From: Octopus sinensis
Lineage: Eukaryota
DNA: 64,000 nucleotides
Assembly: GCF_006345805.1 (NCBI RefSeq)
Contig: NC_043006.1
Span: 55,056,001-55,120,000 of the forward strand
Direction: 5' to 3'
The notes under the pieces are model-generated. The model was not told where the DNA came from. It saw nothing but the letters and a program-made list of their open reading frames with translations, and searched no databases. How positions within the stretch are numbered: the stretch's first letter is position 1; the number at the start of each line of letters is the position of its first letter. The position numbers and the translations under genes were made by a program. Positions 13,301 through 26,775 of this stretch are shown one piece after another.

Positions 13301-13636
13301 CACTGATGTCACAAATAGCTGGTAGTCTCTTCAAAAAATTAATATTAACAATAGAAGCAGTATTATTCTGATTGGCAATCTTTATATCTTACTTAACAAG
13401 GGTGTAATGTGAGAACACCATCTGCTAATGATATACCTGTATACCTGTATGTCTTAGCTCTTTATATCTATATGAGACAATCTCTCAAGTCGAATATCAC
13501 AGTAATATGACATTCTAACTATACATCTACATTATGTAGGTTATAAAGATTGTCATTCAGTGTTAATACTACTTCTATTGCTAATATTTATTACATATAC
13601 CTTTCAGAGCAAAGTGTTTGATGAGTATAGAGTAGT

Positions 13637-13912
13637 TACCATGATCACCATGACCGACCAGGCTATCAGATGTTGCTAGACATCGCTGGTCACAATGCGC
13701 TTCGCATTGTTTTAGCCTTCAAATGACGCCACCCTGCTGGCTAAGCGAGCAGGCCAACAGGAGAAAGAGTGAGAGAAAGTTGTAGCTAGAGCTTCATGGA
13801 GCTTTAGGTGTTTTTGCTCAATAAACATTCACAATACCTGGTCTGGGTATTGAAACCGCGATCCTACAACCGTGAATCTGCTGCCCTTTACACTGGGCCA
13901 TTGCGCCTCCAC
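13637..13912 (-). mobile_element. tRNA-derived SINE with target-site duplication
   Basis: Minus-strand head ggaggcgcaatggcccagtg...ggtttcaatacc (A/B-box-like). It is flanked by a 14-bp direct repeat gagtatagagtagt at 13623-13636 and 13913-13926. Confidence 0.8.
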
Positions 13913-13973
13913 GAGTATAGAGTAGTAATAAGAAAAAAAGATGACAGAAAAAAAACAATGGTTATGTTATGAA

Positions 13974-14073
13974 CTTCATTAGCTTACAGCTGTTTCTGCT
14001 ATAAGATGTAGTGGACTTATAGTTGAGTGCCTGAATAACATCCTACAGCTTCATTGGAATCTTGAAAATGAAG
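13974..14073 (-). ncRNA. Decayed hammerhead-like motif
   Basis: Minus strand: CCAAUGA a GCUGUAGGAUGU...ACAUCUUAUAGC a GAAA CAGCUG UA^. Stem II has 12 bp including G.U pairs and stem III is palindromic, but the core is mutated, so it is probably inactive. Confidence 0.45.
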
Positions 14074-14614
14074 TGCAATTTATTTGGGGAAAAAAAGAAT
14101 TACATTTGTGCAATATACAGGTTCAATTGTAGTATTTGAATAAAGAAGCAAGTATGAGACGTTAAAATACTTAGACTTTCCTCAAATCACATTCTGCTAA
14201 CTTAAAAATGGGTAGAACAGATTAATAATATTGTTCTAGATACACTGTGCCTGGAAAAAAAGATGGCTGGTCACAGCAGGATTGCCTTTGATCATAGGAC
14301 CAGATGTTGCATCTCTATGTGAGACACATTCTATGTCTCAACCTACCTAGTTAGAAAAAGTTCCTCTACCATCTACAGAAGAATATTTTGCTGTAGGAAG
14401 GAGCTATCTAAACAACTTCCACATGCTTGTTTTGGAAAATAAATTATGAATTTGGTACCTCTACATACAAATATTTATTTACAATGTGCAAATTTCTGAG
14501 CTCTTCTAATACTTTTCTCTGCGATATCTTTATACAGTTTTTTATAACTCATTCCTTCTACGTCCACCAACTTCTTTCTGACATAATACATTTTTCATTA
14601 TGTGTGCGTGTATA

Positions 14615-16315
14615 CAGTAGTCACTTGGTATTCACAGGGGTTATGTTTCTAGAGCATCCACGAATAGTGAAAAACTGCGAAGATTGGACTTCGTCCATAA
14701 AAATGCCTATAAATGTCAAAATATAATGTAAATATATATATGATATTTAATAATAATTTAATAAAAACAAGTAAAATGTATGGTTACTCACCAATAAAGA
14801 ATGATATTGATTTAAGACGATGATGATGAAAATAATGAAGGTAATGACTTCACAGCAAAGAAGATTTAAAGCTCTTCAGGTGACACCTCTTCATCAGGTG
14901 TTTTGGGGGATATATCTTCATGCAAGGCTTTCTTGGTGGGCTTGAGGAACATTTGTGATGGGAAGTTGCTGTTGTTTCTTCATGGTGGTGAGGAGAGTTT
15001 TTATGTCTGCATGGCAGCATCAATGGCAGTTTTAGATTGGAGAGACCAAACCATATAAGGATCCCATGCTTCCGTATTCCCTTGCAATTCCTTTGTTGTC
15101 CTTAAAAAGTTGGACAGACATTTGATTGTCAGGTCCACCTCATCCTCCTCTTTGCTGGCAGATTTCATTAACTCCAACAAATCTTCATCTGTCAGGGTTT
15201 CAGAGTGGGCATCAATGAAGTCATTGACCTCATCTTCTATGATGTCATCAAAACCTTCGCCTCCAAGTACCTTTGCCAGTTTCACCGCATTGTTGACAGC
15301 CTCGTGCATATGGAGCTTTCATTGCCAACATAATAGCGACCTACTGCAACATAACTTTTACCTTACTGGAACATATCCAGCAGTTGTGCCTTCTCATGGA
15401 ATGTCATAACCTTTTTCTGGTGCTTAGGTTCACTGCCAGAAGCCTGACAAGGTGTAGGGTCTTTTGGGTGGCATCTTAGGGCTTTAATAACATGCTGTAA
15501 AAAACACAGCACTCAACAAAATACTGGACATAGCTATTGGATCAGTTTTTCCAAAAAGAAAAAAAAATCTTCATTGTGTTTAATATGTGCATACCACCAA
15601 TGGGAGATTGAGCAAAGATTTTTAAAAATTTCGTTTGTATTGCCACTAGATACAGTAATCTATACTATAATAATAAGAGGGTGGGGGGCAGCAAGCAACG
15701 TAATTTCAGTGAGGCTATATTGGCACATGACCTTAAAAATTATCTAAAGAATGTGTATGATCAAAAGTAGCAATGATTTAAAAAAAAGCACTAGTATAAA
15801 CTTAACATTCAGTCTCGTGTTGTATATATATATTTCATCTGCCATCACTAGCCCAAGTAATACTGGTGCGATACACTGTGTGTGTGTGTGTGTGTATATA
15901 TATAGTTTCACTACAATGAGAGGTTGTTGAGAGACAAATACAGCGAGAGGGGGAGAGAGAGAGTGTGTATATGTGAAATATAGATAGATGTCACTATACT
16001 AATTAGCAAGCTTTGATTGAAAGCAGGAATAAGAAATACAAGATACAGAGTACTTATATCTGAAAACAAATCAAGTGACGTGATGCGTGGCGATTCTAAT
16101 CAGTGGGATGTTCAATTGTAAAAGGGCATCCAGTAAACCGGCAAATACAGTATGTTATTAATAATTTAGCCTTAAAAAGTGTGAAAAAGTATATATTGCC
16201 ATGAAAAATGCCATAAAAAATCGTGGACAATATCTACGATTCTGTGAATATGTGGTGGTTTCCGCAAATAATTATTAGTTCTGCGTATGTTGAACCACGA
16301 ATAACGGGGTACACC
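14615..16315 (-). mobile_element. Tigger/pogo-like DNA transposon remnant
   Basis: TA+CAGTAGTCAC..TATTCACAGGGG terminus at 14615. ORF 15001-15309 (AVKLAKVLGGEGFDDI.EDEVNDFIDAHSE.LTDEDLLELM) resembles the Tigger C-terminus. A possible opposite terminus lies near 16285-16315, so the right boundary is uncertain. Confidence 0.65.
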
Positions 16316-17180
16316 ATATGTATGAGTATATATATGTATATATATATATACACATATATGCATGAACTCTGTCTGAATTTTAGAACAATGATGTATATAT
16401 GAGGGTATTGTGGTTTGGACATTATTTAGTCTTATAGGACCATGGATCTGCACTTGAAAAGTCTTGTTTTGTTCTTGGCAGAACAGTATCTGCTGTGTTC
16501 GTGGAGGCTCAAATGTTGGTGACAGTTAGGGTTAGGGTTGGTAACAATCCTGGCTGCAGTGGCTGCGTTTAAAAGCACTATCTATTGATCTTGTCTTGGT
16601 GCTGTTTTCTTTGACTATGCTTTTCTTTTTAAATATCTTCTCAGCTCCAGCCTCCAATGAAACCATTTGCTTGCATTGGCCTCCCAAAGCCATCAATCTA
16701 AATGACACTTTTCATGTTTGTGTGGAATATTTGAACCAATCCATGGATCCTTGTGATTTCATCCATTTTCCATGCATGTATGTGTTATTTTAGAGTCATT
16801 GTTTTACAGCCAGATGCCCTTCCTGTTGTTAAGCCATGCCTATATATTTTTCAACTAAAAAATCACTTTATTTCATACATCTTTGAAAGTGCAAAACTAG
16901 TGGCTGATTTGTTAGGATAAATAACAAATGCCACTGCTTTTAGCTGGTGGTATCTGAACAAACATTAACACATGTGCATACACACACACATACATATGTA
17001 CACATTTATACAACAAACTTTTTCAGTTGCTCTCTACCAAATCTACTCAAAGCTTTGGTTAGCTCAGAACTGTAGCACAAGACACTTCCTAAGGTCCGTA
17101 CAATGAGACTGAACCTGAAACTATACTTGCACCTATTATAGCAGTGTCTGCACGTGTGTGTGTGTGTTTTTATGTATATA

Positions 17181-17545
17181 TTCTTTTACTTGTTTCAGTC
17201 AGTTGACTGTGGCCACACTGGAGCACTGCCTTTTAGTCAAAGAAATCAACCCTTGAACTTGTTCTTTGTAAGCCCGGTGCTTATTCTATCGGTCTCTTCT
17301 ACAGAAGCACTAAGTTACAGGGACATAAACACACCAACATCAGTTGTCAAGCGATGGTGGGGTGACAAACAGAGACATAAACACGCACACATGAATATAT
17401 ACATACATATACGATGGGCTTCTTTCAGTTTCCGTCTACCAAATCTACTCACAAGGCTTTGGTCGGCCTGAGGCTATACTAGAAAACACTTGCCCAAGGT
17501 GCCACGTAGTGGGACCGAACCTGGAACTATGTGGTTGAGAAGCAA
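17181..17545 (-). mobile_element. SINE family A
   Basis: Aligns to other copies; the extreme 5' end is missing. Confidence 0.8.
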
Positions 17546-18019
17546 GCTTCCTTCTCTCTCATATATATAATGTGTGTGTATGTCTGTATACACACACACA
17601 ATTTTGATGTGCATTTTGTCAATCTTGGACTACCAGGCAGGTCTTCTTCCACATAGTGTGTGACCAATCATTGCAGTCCTTTGTCATTTTGTCTGTGAGA
17701 TGTAACTGATTTAAATCTTGAATGTAGAGATTTTGTGAATATTTTAGAAAAAAATGAAGAAAGCATGCTTCCTCTGTTTATATGTAATAATAGTGTACAA
17801 GATTGACAAAGTACAAATGATGAATTCTCATCCTTGTATTTGTTTGCTCATTCTATGAGCTCTGTTAGACTGAATATGTGATCTATCATACTGTAGTTCT
17901 TACGGAAACCTACTTGCTCTCTCGGCTATTGGTTGTCAACGTGTTTTAATAGTCTGGTGATTGTGACCATTGTAAACAGCTTATAAAGGTGAGAGTATGC
18001 ATTGTTAAAAAGGCCAAAA

Positions 18020-18511
18020 TGTATCTGGCTCTCTCACTGGTTGCTGCTGGGATAAATTTTCGTCTCTGACATTTATTGTTTTGAACACTACAAATCCTTA
18101 AGTGATGTTATCTCAGTATAAATACTGCAGTAATTGTCCTACCGACAGTGTGTAAACATTAAGTATGAGGCATAGAAGGCTAGTTTAATTAAATACTGCC
18201 TCAGTTGCATATACCAAATTTTTTATCAGCCAGGCAGCTATTTGCAACATCAGTGAATGTTTTAGTCAATTTTCATTATATCAGAGATGAGGAATTTTCA
18301 TCTGTGTATGTGGCTGGCTGCAAGTACACACCATTAAAAAGGCTGAAATGCATCTGGCACTCTCTTGGCTGCTGCTGGGATAAATTTTCATCCCTGTGAT
18401 GTTTGTGTTTTAACACAGCATGTCCATAACAGATGTTATTTCAGGACAAAAACTGTGGTAACTGGCCTATCAACAGGGTATATAACATTAAGTATAATAC
18501 ATAGATGGCTA
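18020..18511 (+). repeat. Old diverged direct repeat (about 160 bp, spacing about 328)
   Basis: tg(t/c)atctggc..ctgctgggataaattttc ... aacattaagtat..catag..ggcta at 18020 and 18348. Confidence 0.7.
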
Positions 18512-18946
18512 TACCCACACACTCACACACACAATGTTTTACATCATTTAAATTCAGCTACATGGACAGTGAATCTCTTGCAGCTGAAGAAGATTAGAAG
18601 CTATGTTTGATTCATTGGCTGTGTGATAGAACTTTGAAATATTGACTAGTTTTAATGGTTGGACAGTAAAGGCATTAGTTGATGTTTTAAGCTTGAGAAG
18701 TGATTTGGATTTAAAATAAAAATAGACAATGTGTGCCAAGTGAAAAAAATGCCATGAGTGATTATGCCAGGAAGGAAGAGACCAGCCAAGGTAAATATAG
18801 TGAAACAGACAGACAACTGTTCAAATTTGGCCTGATGATGATAAAACATGTTGATGATAATCATCCATGTTTTAGACAAGAATTTAGCATAAAGATAAGA
18901 CTGCACTGGAAATGGGAATGCTTTGGCATGATGTTTTTATATATCT

Positions 18947-19331
18947 TTTATCTTTTACTTGTTTCAATCAGTTGACTGTGGCCATGCTGGAGTGCCACCT
19001 TGAAGAATTTTTTTGGTCAAATGAATTGCTCCTAGTACTTTTTTGAGCCTGATACTTATTCTATTGGTCTCTTTTGCCAAACTGCTAAGTTACAGGGATG
19101 TAAACACCGACACCAGTTGTCAGGTGGTGGTGGTGGGCAAATGCAGACTCAAAGACTCTCTCATACACACACAACAGGCTTCTTTTCAGTTTTCATTTAC
19201 AAATCCACTCATATGACTTTGGTCAGCCCAAGGCTATAATAGAAGACACTTGCCCAAGGTACATTGCAGTGGGACTGGGACTGGAACTGGAACCATGTGG
19301 TTGGAAAGCAAGCTTCTTACCACACAGCTAT
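18947..19331 (-). mobile_element. SINE family A
   Basis: Aligns to other copies. Confidence 0.8.
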
Positions 19332-22300
19332 GCCTTGCTAAGTTTAGTTTGCATCTTGTGATTGACAAAGTCTGAAATGGTAATTCTGTAGAGAGGAGGG
19401 TAAAGTTGGTACCAGGAACAATAATTAAATTGGTCATCTTTAGTTATCTGTGAATTTCTTATTTTCCTCAGACATTTTAAGTGGACAAGTTCAGCATCAG
19501 CTACATGTAGGTTTTGGATTTTCTCAAGTTAATAACTATGGCTACAGCTAAAGCTATTGAATAATTTTAAGATTGTTACTGTATGTAAGTAATTCAGTTA
19601 TAGTTTACATGGATGTGGCTTTGATTATTGGTTCAAAAATTCCAATTTCAAATCTATTGAAGGTGTTTTGTTGTGTATGTGTATTTGAGTTGTACATTTA
19701 ATTTTACGTAATTTACTGAGTTGCATGCATTCCATAAAGTCTGAAGGATCATGAATGAAGAAACAGGGGAAACTGAAAGAGAGAAGTCAAGGATGAGAGG
19801 GAGAGAAGATAGATATTCAACAACTTCACTTGATGGCTTCAGAAAGACTAACCCAATAACTAAGGTGTGGAACAAGATGGCTTGTTGGTCCATATTTCCT
19901 GGGATCTGTAGGAGTAGCACATGGAGAGTGAGATGGTTAGGTAACTGATCATCTGGGAATGTAATCTATGATAAATTGTCATAAACTTTGTACCTCATTT
20001 GTTTAATGTCATGAAACTAGGTCTAAGATTAACCCTTAAAAGTCAAGGCTTAGAATATATTTATTTGAATTTTCTTTCGCTTGTCATTCTTGTATGATCA
20101 CCAAACTTCTGTACAGGTTGTTTCATGTTTCTTTACATTATAATCAGTAATTAGAGCAAGTTAAACCTCTTTAGTAGTTAAGTTTGTTTCACATCTCAGT
20201 GGTTTTGGGTTCAGTTCTATTGCACAATGAGCAAGTGTCTTCTATATCTCTGTACCAATCAATGCATTGTGAGTGAATTTGGTAGAGGGAAACTATGTGG
20301 AAGCCCATTGTGTGTGTGTGTGTGTGTGTGTGTGTGCACACGTGCGTCTTTGTGTTTGTTCCCCACAATGCCTGACATCCAGAGTTGGTTTATTTATTTA
20401 CATCCTTGTAAATTCGTGGTTCAGCAAAAGAGACCAATAGAATAAGTCCAGACTTAAAATAAGTACTAGGGTCAATTTGAAGGTGATACCCTTGTGTGGC
20501 TGCTGTCCAATGACTGAAAAAAAAAAGAATAAAAGAGTGAACAGGAACATAATATTCTATCCTGTTGGTAAAGTTGGTATTGATTTTTGGTTTTTAGTTA
20601 TTGTTTATCTTTGGTTGAAAAGACCCACTTTTTGCTGAAGAAATTCTGAAATCTTCATTGTATGTATACATTGGACAATAATTCCAGCTGGGCAAAGACA
20701 TGAGCCAGTGCTGCAAAGTATGTCTTTCCTACTTCAAAGTCAAGTAATTGAAAAGAGGAAATGATTTCAAGAATTTATGTAAAATATCAATTTTTTCTGA
20801 TATCATGCTAACATGGAATATTTGTATTCATATTACATGAGATAAACTTTTGCCATGTAGACTACATGCTTAAGTGGCACCTATATTATATGTGAGTGTA
20901 TATCTGTGTAAAGCAGTCTCACTAGTGTTGTACCATAAAAAAAAAATCACCTAATATATTCTGGCAAGTGCTTGGTATTAGGAGAGCATCCAGTCATAGA
21001 AGCCATGCCAAAGCATTGAAGCTCAATGTAGTTCTTGCAGAACTGTCTGACCCATAGTAGTAGCATAGAAGATGTATATATGTATGTACACTCACATGTG
21101 TGGCTGTGTGCATTGGCATCGTAAATGGAAGATATTGGGCACTAACAATAAAAATGTATACAACAAATATAACAAAAAACAAAATTCTCTTCATCATTTC
21201 TCTTCTAAGGTTGCTGCAGTTTTAACACCTAATCCTAGTGGGATCAACAAGACCAAAAAGGGTTGTTAGGGAGTGATACTCTCTCACATGGAAAAATACT
21301 TAAGCTTTTGTGACTGGAGAAAAGAAAAGCATTTTTTTGGTGTAAATAAAGTAACACTAGACAAATATGCACAAAAGCAATACTGGAGTAATTATAATTA
21401 GCAAAGATAGTGCTTGAACAATAGTTTTGAATTGAGAAATAGCAGAGTGTCATGGAAAGTAGTGTGTTATTGAAGACAACTCAAAGTCAAAGTGTAAAAT
21501 AACAGGTAGGAGCAGAAATGAAGAACTGCATTCTGGGAAAGAAAAAAGACAAAGTGTGTGTGAGGGGGGAGTGTGTGTGTCTGTAGAAAAGGTGAGAGGT
21601 TACAGCAAGTAAGCAAATGAAATGTGTTGATGTCCTGAATAGATGAAATTAAGATGTCTTCACTTTTCATTTCAGCCTCAGATAAACATATACATTACTT
21701 TTGTTCTCTCATTTGTAAATTGAAACAACTGTGTTTGTGTGTGTGTGCTTGAAAATGTGATATCCTTGCTACAAAAACTATTTGTGTTGCTGTTTTCCTG
21801 TTTAAAAGCAAAAGTACTTAACATGAGGCAGGTATTGCTACATGGTGAAAATGTCTTCAGAACCACGTGGTTCTGGGTGCAATTCCACTGCACAGTATCT
21901 CGTTTGGCAAGTGTCTAGCTTCAAGTTATCTAATACCTTATAAGTAGAATTTTGTTAATGGAAAATGTGACGGAAGCCCATTACACATACATACAACTAT
22001 AAATTCTCTCTCTCACACACACACAGTGACTGTTTTGGTGTATACATGTAATGTATCCATTTGATAAATAGAGTTTGCTAAAAATAAGCACTGGAGTTGT
22101 TTGATGGGTCAAACCTTTGAAGGCTTTGTTCCAGCTAACTGCGGGCCAATGTCTGAATCCTGAGAGATTTTAACAGGTCAGTTGATCACGTGGAGGTTCT
22201 CATTGGATCAACAGTACAGTCACAATGCAGATTTAGTTGTTTGATCATCTGAATTACCTTTTCATTGAATTAATGTTTAAGTGGCTGAATATTCCATAGA

Positions 22301-23554
22301 CGTGTACTCTATGTAACTCTCAGGCAGAATCAATTTGAACCAGTGAGACAAGACTGTGCCATTGAATACAAGTATAATCTATTAGATGAGCTTCTGCACA
22401 GTTTTTTGTCTCCCAGATTTCACTTACAAAGCTTAGTTTGGCTTGAGGTATTGTTAAAAACTTAAAAGCACTTGTCCAAGATTCTACCATGCAATGGGAT
22501 TGAACTTAAATCTTCCTGTTTGCAGAGCAAACTTCATAGCTATTTGACCATGCTGTGTCCACATAATCACAGCTGGAATGTCTTTGATCACCTGCATGAC
22601 TGAAGTTGACCTGGAGTCAACAACAACATGTATATTATGTTCACATTTATATATGTATGTAATTTCTTTTATATCTAGCATGGTATGAAACCTACCTCTA
22701 AGTTAGCTCTGATATCTGGCAATCCTGCAGATGAAGCAATAATTTCTCGGGGAAACACTAGATTGAGTTCTTCATTTTTCTAGGTTTGTAGGAAGAATTG
22801 GGCCTAGCACTGCAATTAAAAAAGAAAATGCACTATAAGTTTCCATGGCTTGCAGTGTTGTGCGTTACCATGCTGTAGTCTAAATTTAACAGGTCTAGTT
22901 TGGTTGGAAACTCAGTGCAACGCTTGTTGAATATTGATTCTAATCCCTGGCTACAACTTTTCCATGTGTGTCTAATAAGAAAAGTACATATCTGTCTCTT
23001 ACGTTAGTGAAATAGTTAACTGACATTTTATGATAAGAAGTATCCATTAAATAATGTTCAGCTTATTGACTTAGTGGTGTAGGATTTGACAACATAACAG
23101 AACAGGAACAAGTATGACCAGGAAACAAAGCTTAGTCACCAAATGTTAAGCTCATATCTTATGACACTGCTCCTATTTTTAATCCTGTTATCTATAGTTC
23201 ATTACTGTGAAGCATCGTACTCTTTATACATACTTCATGCAGTCTGCCTTTTGCACAAAGAGAACCGAGGTTCAGCTCTGATTGAACATACCATCATATC
23301 TTTTCAAATATATGAACCACATTATCCAGTGTGTCTTTCTATTTTTTGCAGATAGTAGGATATGAAGAAAATTTTGACAGTTATGTCTAGCAAGTTGAGC
23401 CACCACATAGCAGCTCCCTTGTTGAATTGATAAATCTTTTGTAGCAAATTGAGATCACATTTTGAACTTCTCTTTCTTACCACCAACTGTTATACATTCA
23501 CTTGAGGCACTCCAGGTAGACTCACTATTTCTCTAAGTGGAGGGATTACAGCTC

Positions 23555-23830
23555 TGATTCTATGGCCATTCCAAGAATGTCTTGGAAAAGAATCGGTGGT
23601 CAGGTTTTACGGGTCAAAACCAATCTGGCAGGAGACCCAGGAGTAGACCACGAGCAAGATGGTTAGATAGCATCCTTGAGCTCTGTTGGTCTTGCTTGGG
23701 GATCCAGCTGGATCAATGAGGGATTGGTTGCTTCTAACAGGACATGATGGAAAGCCATGCTTAAGGACTCTGCCCCCCACCCCCCGACCCTCTCAGGGTT
23801 CAGTAGGTGAAGAAGATGAGATGATGGGAA
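23555..23830 (+). mobile_element. RTE-like LINE 3' fragment (different family)
   Basis: Frameshifted reading GH..RMSWKRIGGQVL...GRRPRSRPRARWLDSILELCWSCLGI resembles the RTE C-terminal GHV.RM...GRRPRGRPR.RW motif. Confidence 0.6.
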
Positions 23831-24869
23831 ATATAGTATTGTAAAAACTGAGCCTCATTTTTCCTTCATTTCTTATATTGTAATCATTGGTTCTGTACAC
23901 ACTGCAATATCTATGGTGATATTTTTTTTATGTTGAAGATGATGATGCTGTCACCAGTTTTTTTTAGTTGTTTGCACAAGTGCGTCATAAAACCAGTCCA
24001 TTTAATCCTCCATTAATCCTAATGATGGGACATAAATAAAGATAATGGATGTTGTCATGTTACCTCTAATTAATAATTGAATTTTTTAACATTTATCCCA
24101 GCTACTTAATTACATTATGTACTCAATTGCTTTTTTTTTTTTTTTTTTCTGTATTATGAGAAAACCTTCATGAGCAATATCGAAGCTGTTATCTGCTCAG
24201 AAGAACTTGTATTCTGTGCTCTCTGACTGTGAAAAATTTGACTAAATCCCCTCCCAGTAACACTTTCTACACATCCCACAACCTCTCACTTCCGCTCTAG
24301 TATCTTAGCTACATCACCAGCCCTACTTCTAACTGTGCTGTCATTGACAGTGGCAGACCTAAAACTTGTAGAATGAAAGGAAGCTGTTGTCGGTGGAAGC
24401 AAGAGAGTTGTGGTGTAATTGCTTGATGATTGTTGGAAGTTGTTTACACCTGACTACCCCCCACTGTGATAGATACTCTATCCCCCACAGTGTAAGTGTC
24501 AATCATTTTATTGTTGTTGGTGTTTCAATCTGATTTGTCAATCTGCATTTTTTTTGGCAGAGGTTTTACATCTCAATGCCATTCCATATACATACATGTT
24601 TTCACATGTAAACATACACATATTTGTGTGTGAGTGTGGGTGGGGGAGTTGCACGGTTTGACAGGATGCAACAAACTACAATATCTGCTTTGGTATTGTT
24701 TTGTACAGTTGGATGCTGTACCACTTTTCAGAGTGTACTAGGTGTTTTCTTCTTTGGCACTGGTACTAGTGAGATCACCAACTATTTCACAAGACAAAGG
24801 AAAAACCATTGTATGCATGTGTTTTCCCTTACTTGCTTGGTGCAGAGGAGAGAGCAGTGCCTTTGGCCT

Positions 24870-26230
24870 TTGTAAGACCTCTGGGACCAGTCTTTTGAAG
24901 ACATTAATGTTCTGCTTGAACTATTACTAGTCAACACCTGTGGGGAAAGATGTGAGTAGGGAGAGAGTTGCAAAGGAATGGTATTCTGAGAAGGAAGGGA
25001 CAAAGCAATTTGTGCAAGGCCTCGGGTGTTGTACATAAAAATTTGATGTAATTAGGAGAGATGAGTATTAAGAATGCCTGAGTGAAGGTGTTATGAACTT
25101 TCTCCTAAGAGACTGTTATAGTAGCATTATATAAGGCGGGGATAAGTGACAGCTCACCTGTGGGATAGAGGCTGGAGCATGTCAGTGAGTGGTTTAATAC
25201 CATTCAATTTGATGGTCCTTTTCTGAATGTGGTCCAGGATGTTTGTGAAGTAGCAGTACTCCACTGTGGGCCTCACCTGAGCTTTATATGTACAGATGTG
25301 TATGCAATATTTGTGTGTAGATTTATATGTACATGCGTGTGTCTATCATCATCGTTATTTCATGTTCATGTTCCATGCAGGCATGTATTGTATCATTTGA
25401 CAGGATCTGATAGTCCAAGGACTGCATTGTACTCCAATGTCTACTTTGGTGTCAGTGCTTTTTTTTTTTTTTTTGTCACTAGCTCTAGTGGGGTTACCAT
25501 GCAGCTTATAGGACTATGGGCTCTTGAGAAGAGTACTGCTGGGAGACAAGAAGTTAAAGTATGAGAGGAGGAACCAGAGCAGAACAGGTTTCTTACTGTA
25601 GAAAGCTACTTGGCTACTCACATTTCAGAAGAAGAGAGTGTCAGTATTGGAGTGGAGTTTGGAAAAGATAAAATTTAGTAGTGATGAGGTGTCTGTTTGA
25701 ACCTTTGAGGTACAAGGTAAGTAGAAGTAGAAAAAAAGGGAGTGTAGATAGAGTTTGCAAGAATGTATGGAAGAGGGAGAGATGATGAAAGAGTGAGGAG
25801 GTGTATATAATGAATGAAGAACAAGTGTTGGGGGATGATAAGTAGGAGAGGTTGGGAAGAGTAGGTGACAACTGCTGGGATTGAATAAGGTTGAGGGGTG
25901 GATGTAGTGAATAGTGGGATGGGAATAAGAGATAGGAGGTGACCAATAATACATTGGGATGATGATTAGCAGAATTGTAATAATGATAATGTAGACAGGA
26001 AGGATGAGAGAGATGTGTGATTGGGTAGGTTGCAAGAGTGGAGGGAAAGAAGAAGGTATAGAGCATGGGGAGAGTTAGAAAAAGAGAGATAATTTGGTGG
26101 TTCAGTGGGTGGGATGAGCAAAGTAAAATGTTGCTACAGAAGATAGTATTTAGTATGAAGGATGGATATCAAGTTAAGTGGTTTAAGGTAGTGATAAAGA
26201 ATAGTAAAGTCAAGTAAAAGCTGCAGTTGG
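24870..26230 (-). mobile_element. Ancient L2/CR1-like LINE remnant (interrupted)
   Basis: Near 24.9-25.05 kb the minus strand reads VQHPRPCTN..F..SF / NSLPTHIFP / FKQNIN, resembling L2/CR1 C-termini. The adjacent 25.55-26.23 kb segment is strongly purine-skewed on +. Confidence 0.35.
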
Positions 26231-26451
26231 AGAGATGATCATTAGTGGGGTGTTTTGAGGAAAAGGGACTTGATATGCATATATAAATATACAAACACAC
26301 AGTGCTCCCAAAACTTAGCTTCACCAAGTTGGATGGGTCTTGAGAACTGCATATCACTAATCATCCTGAGCCCTCCATGAGGATCAAGCTCCTTATATAT
26401 ATATATATATATTTATTTCCTTATATCAGTCTCTCTACAAGTGTTCAGTGA

Positions 26452-26775
26452 AGGCGCATGGCTCAGTGGTTAGCGTTGAGCTTACAATTGTGAGGTTGTG
26501 AGTTTGAATCCCGGACCAGGCTGTGTGTTGTGTTCTTGAGCAAGACACTTTATTTCACATTGCTCCAGTTCACTCATCTATAGAAATGAGTTGCGACGTC
26601 ACAGGTGCCAAGCTCTATCGGCCTTTGCCTTTCCCTTGGATAAATACTGGTGGCGTGGAGAGGGGAGGCCGGTATGCTGGTCTTCCATAAACAACCTTGC
26701 CCGGACTTGTGCTTGGGAGGGTCACTTTCTAGGTGCAATCCCACGGTCAGTCATGACCGAAGGGGGTCTCAACAA
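26452..26775 (+). mobile_element. tRNA-derived SINE
   Basis: Head ggcgcatggctcagtggttag (A box) ... gagtttgaatcccgg (B box), followed by gttcttgagcaagacact. Confidence 0.75.

Noticed and set aside
16525-16545. TTAGGG telomere-like repeat
   Set aside because: Only two copies, which is compatible with chance.
26452-26530. tRNA gene
   Set aside because: It has A/B boxes but no full cloverleaf, and it continues into a SINE body.
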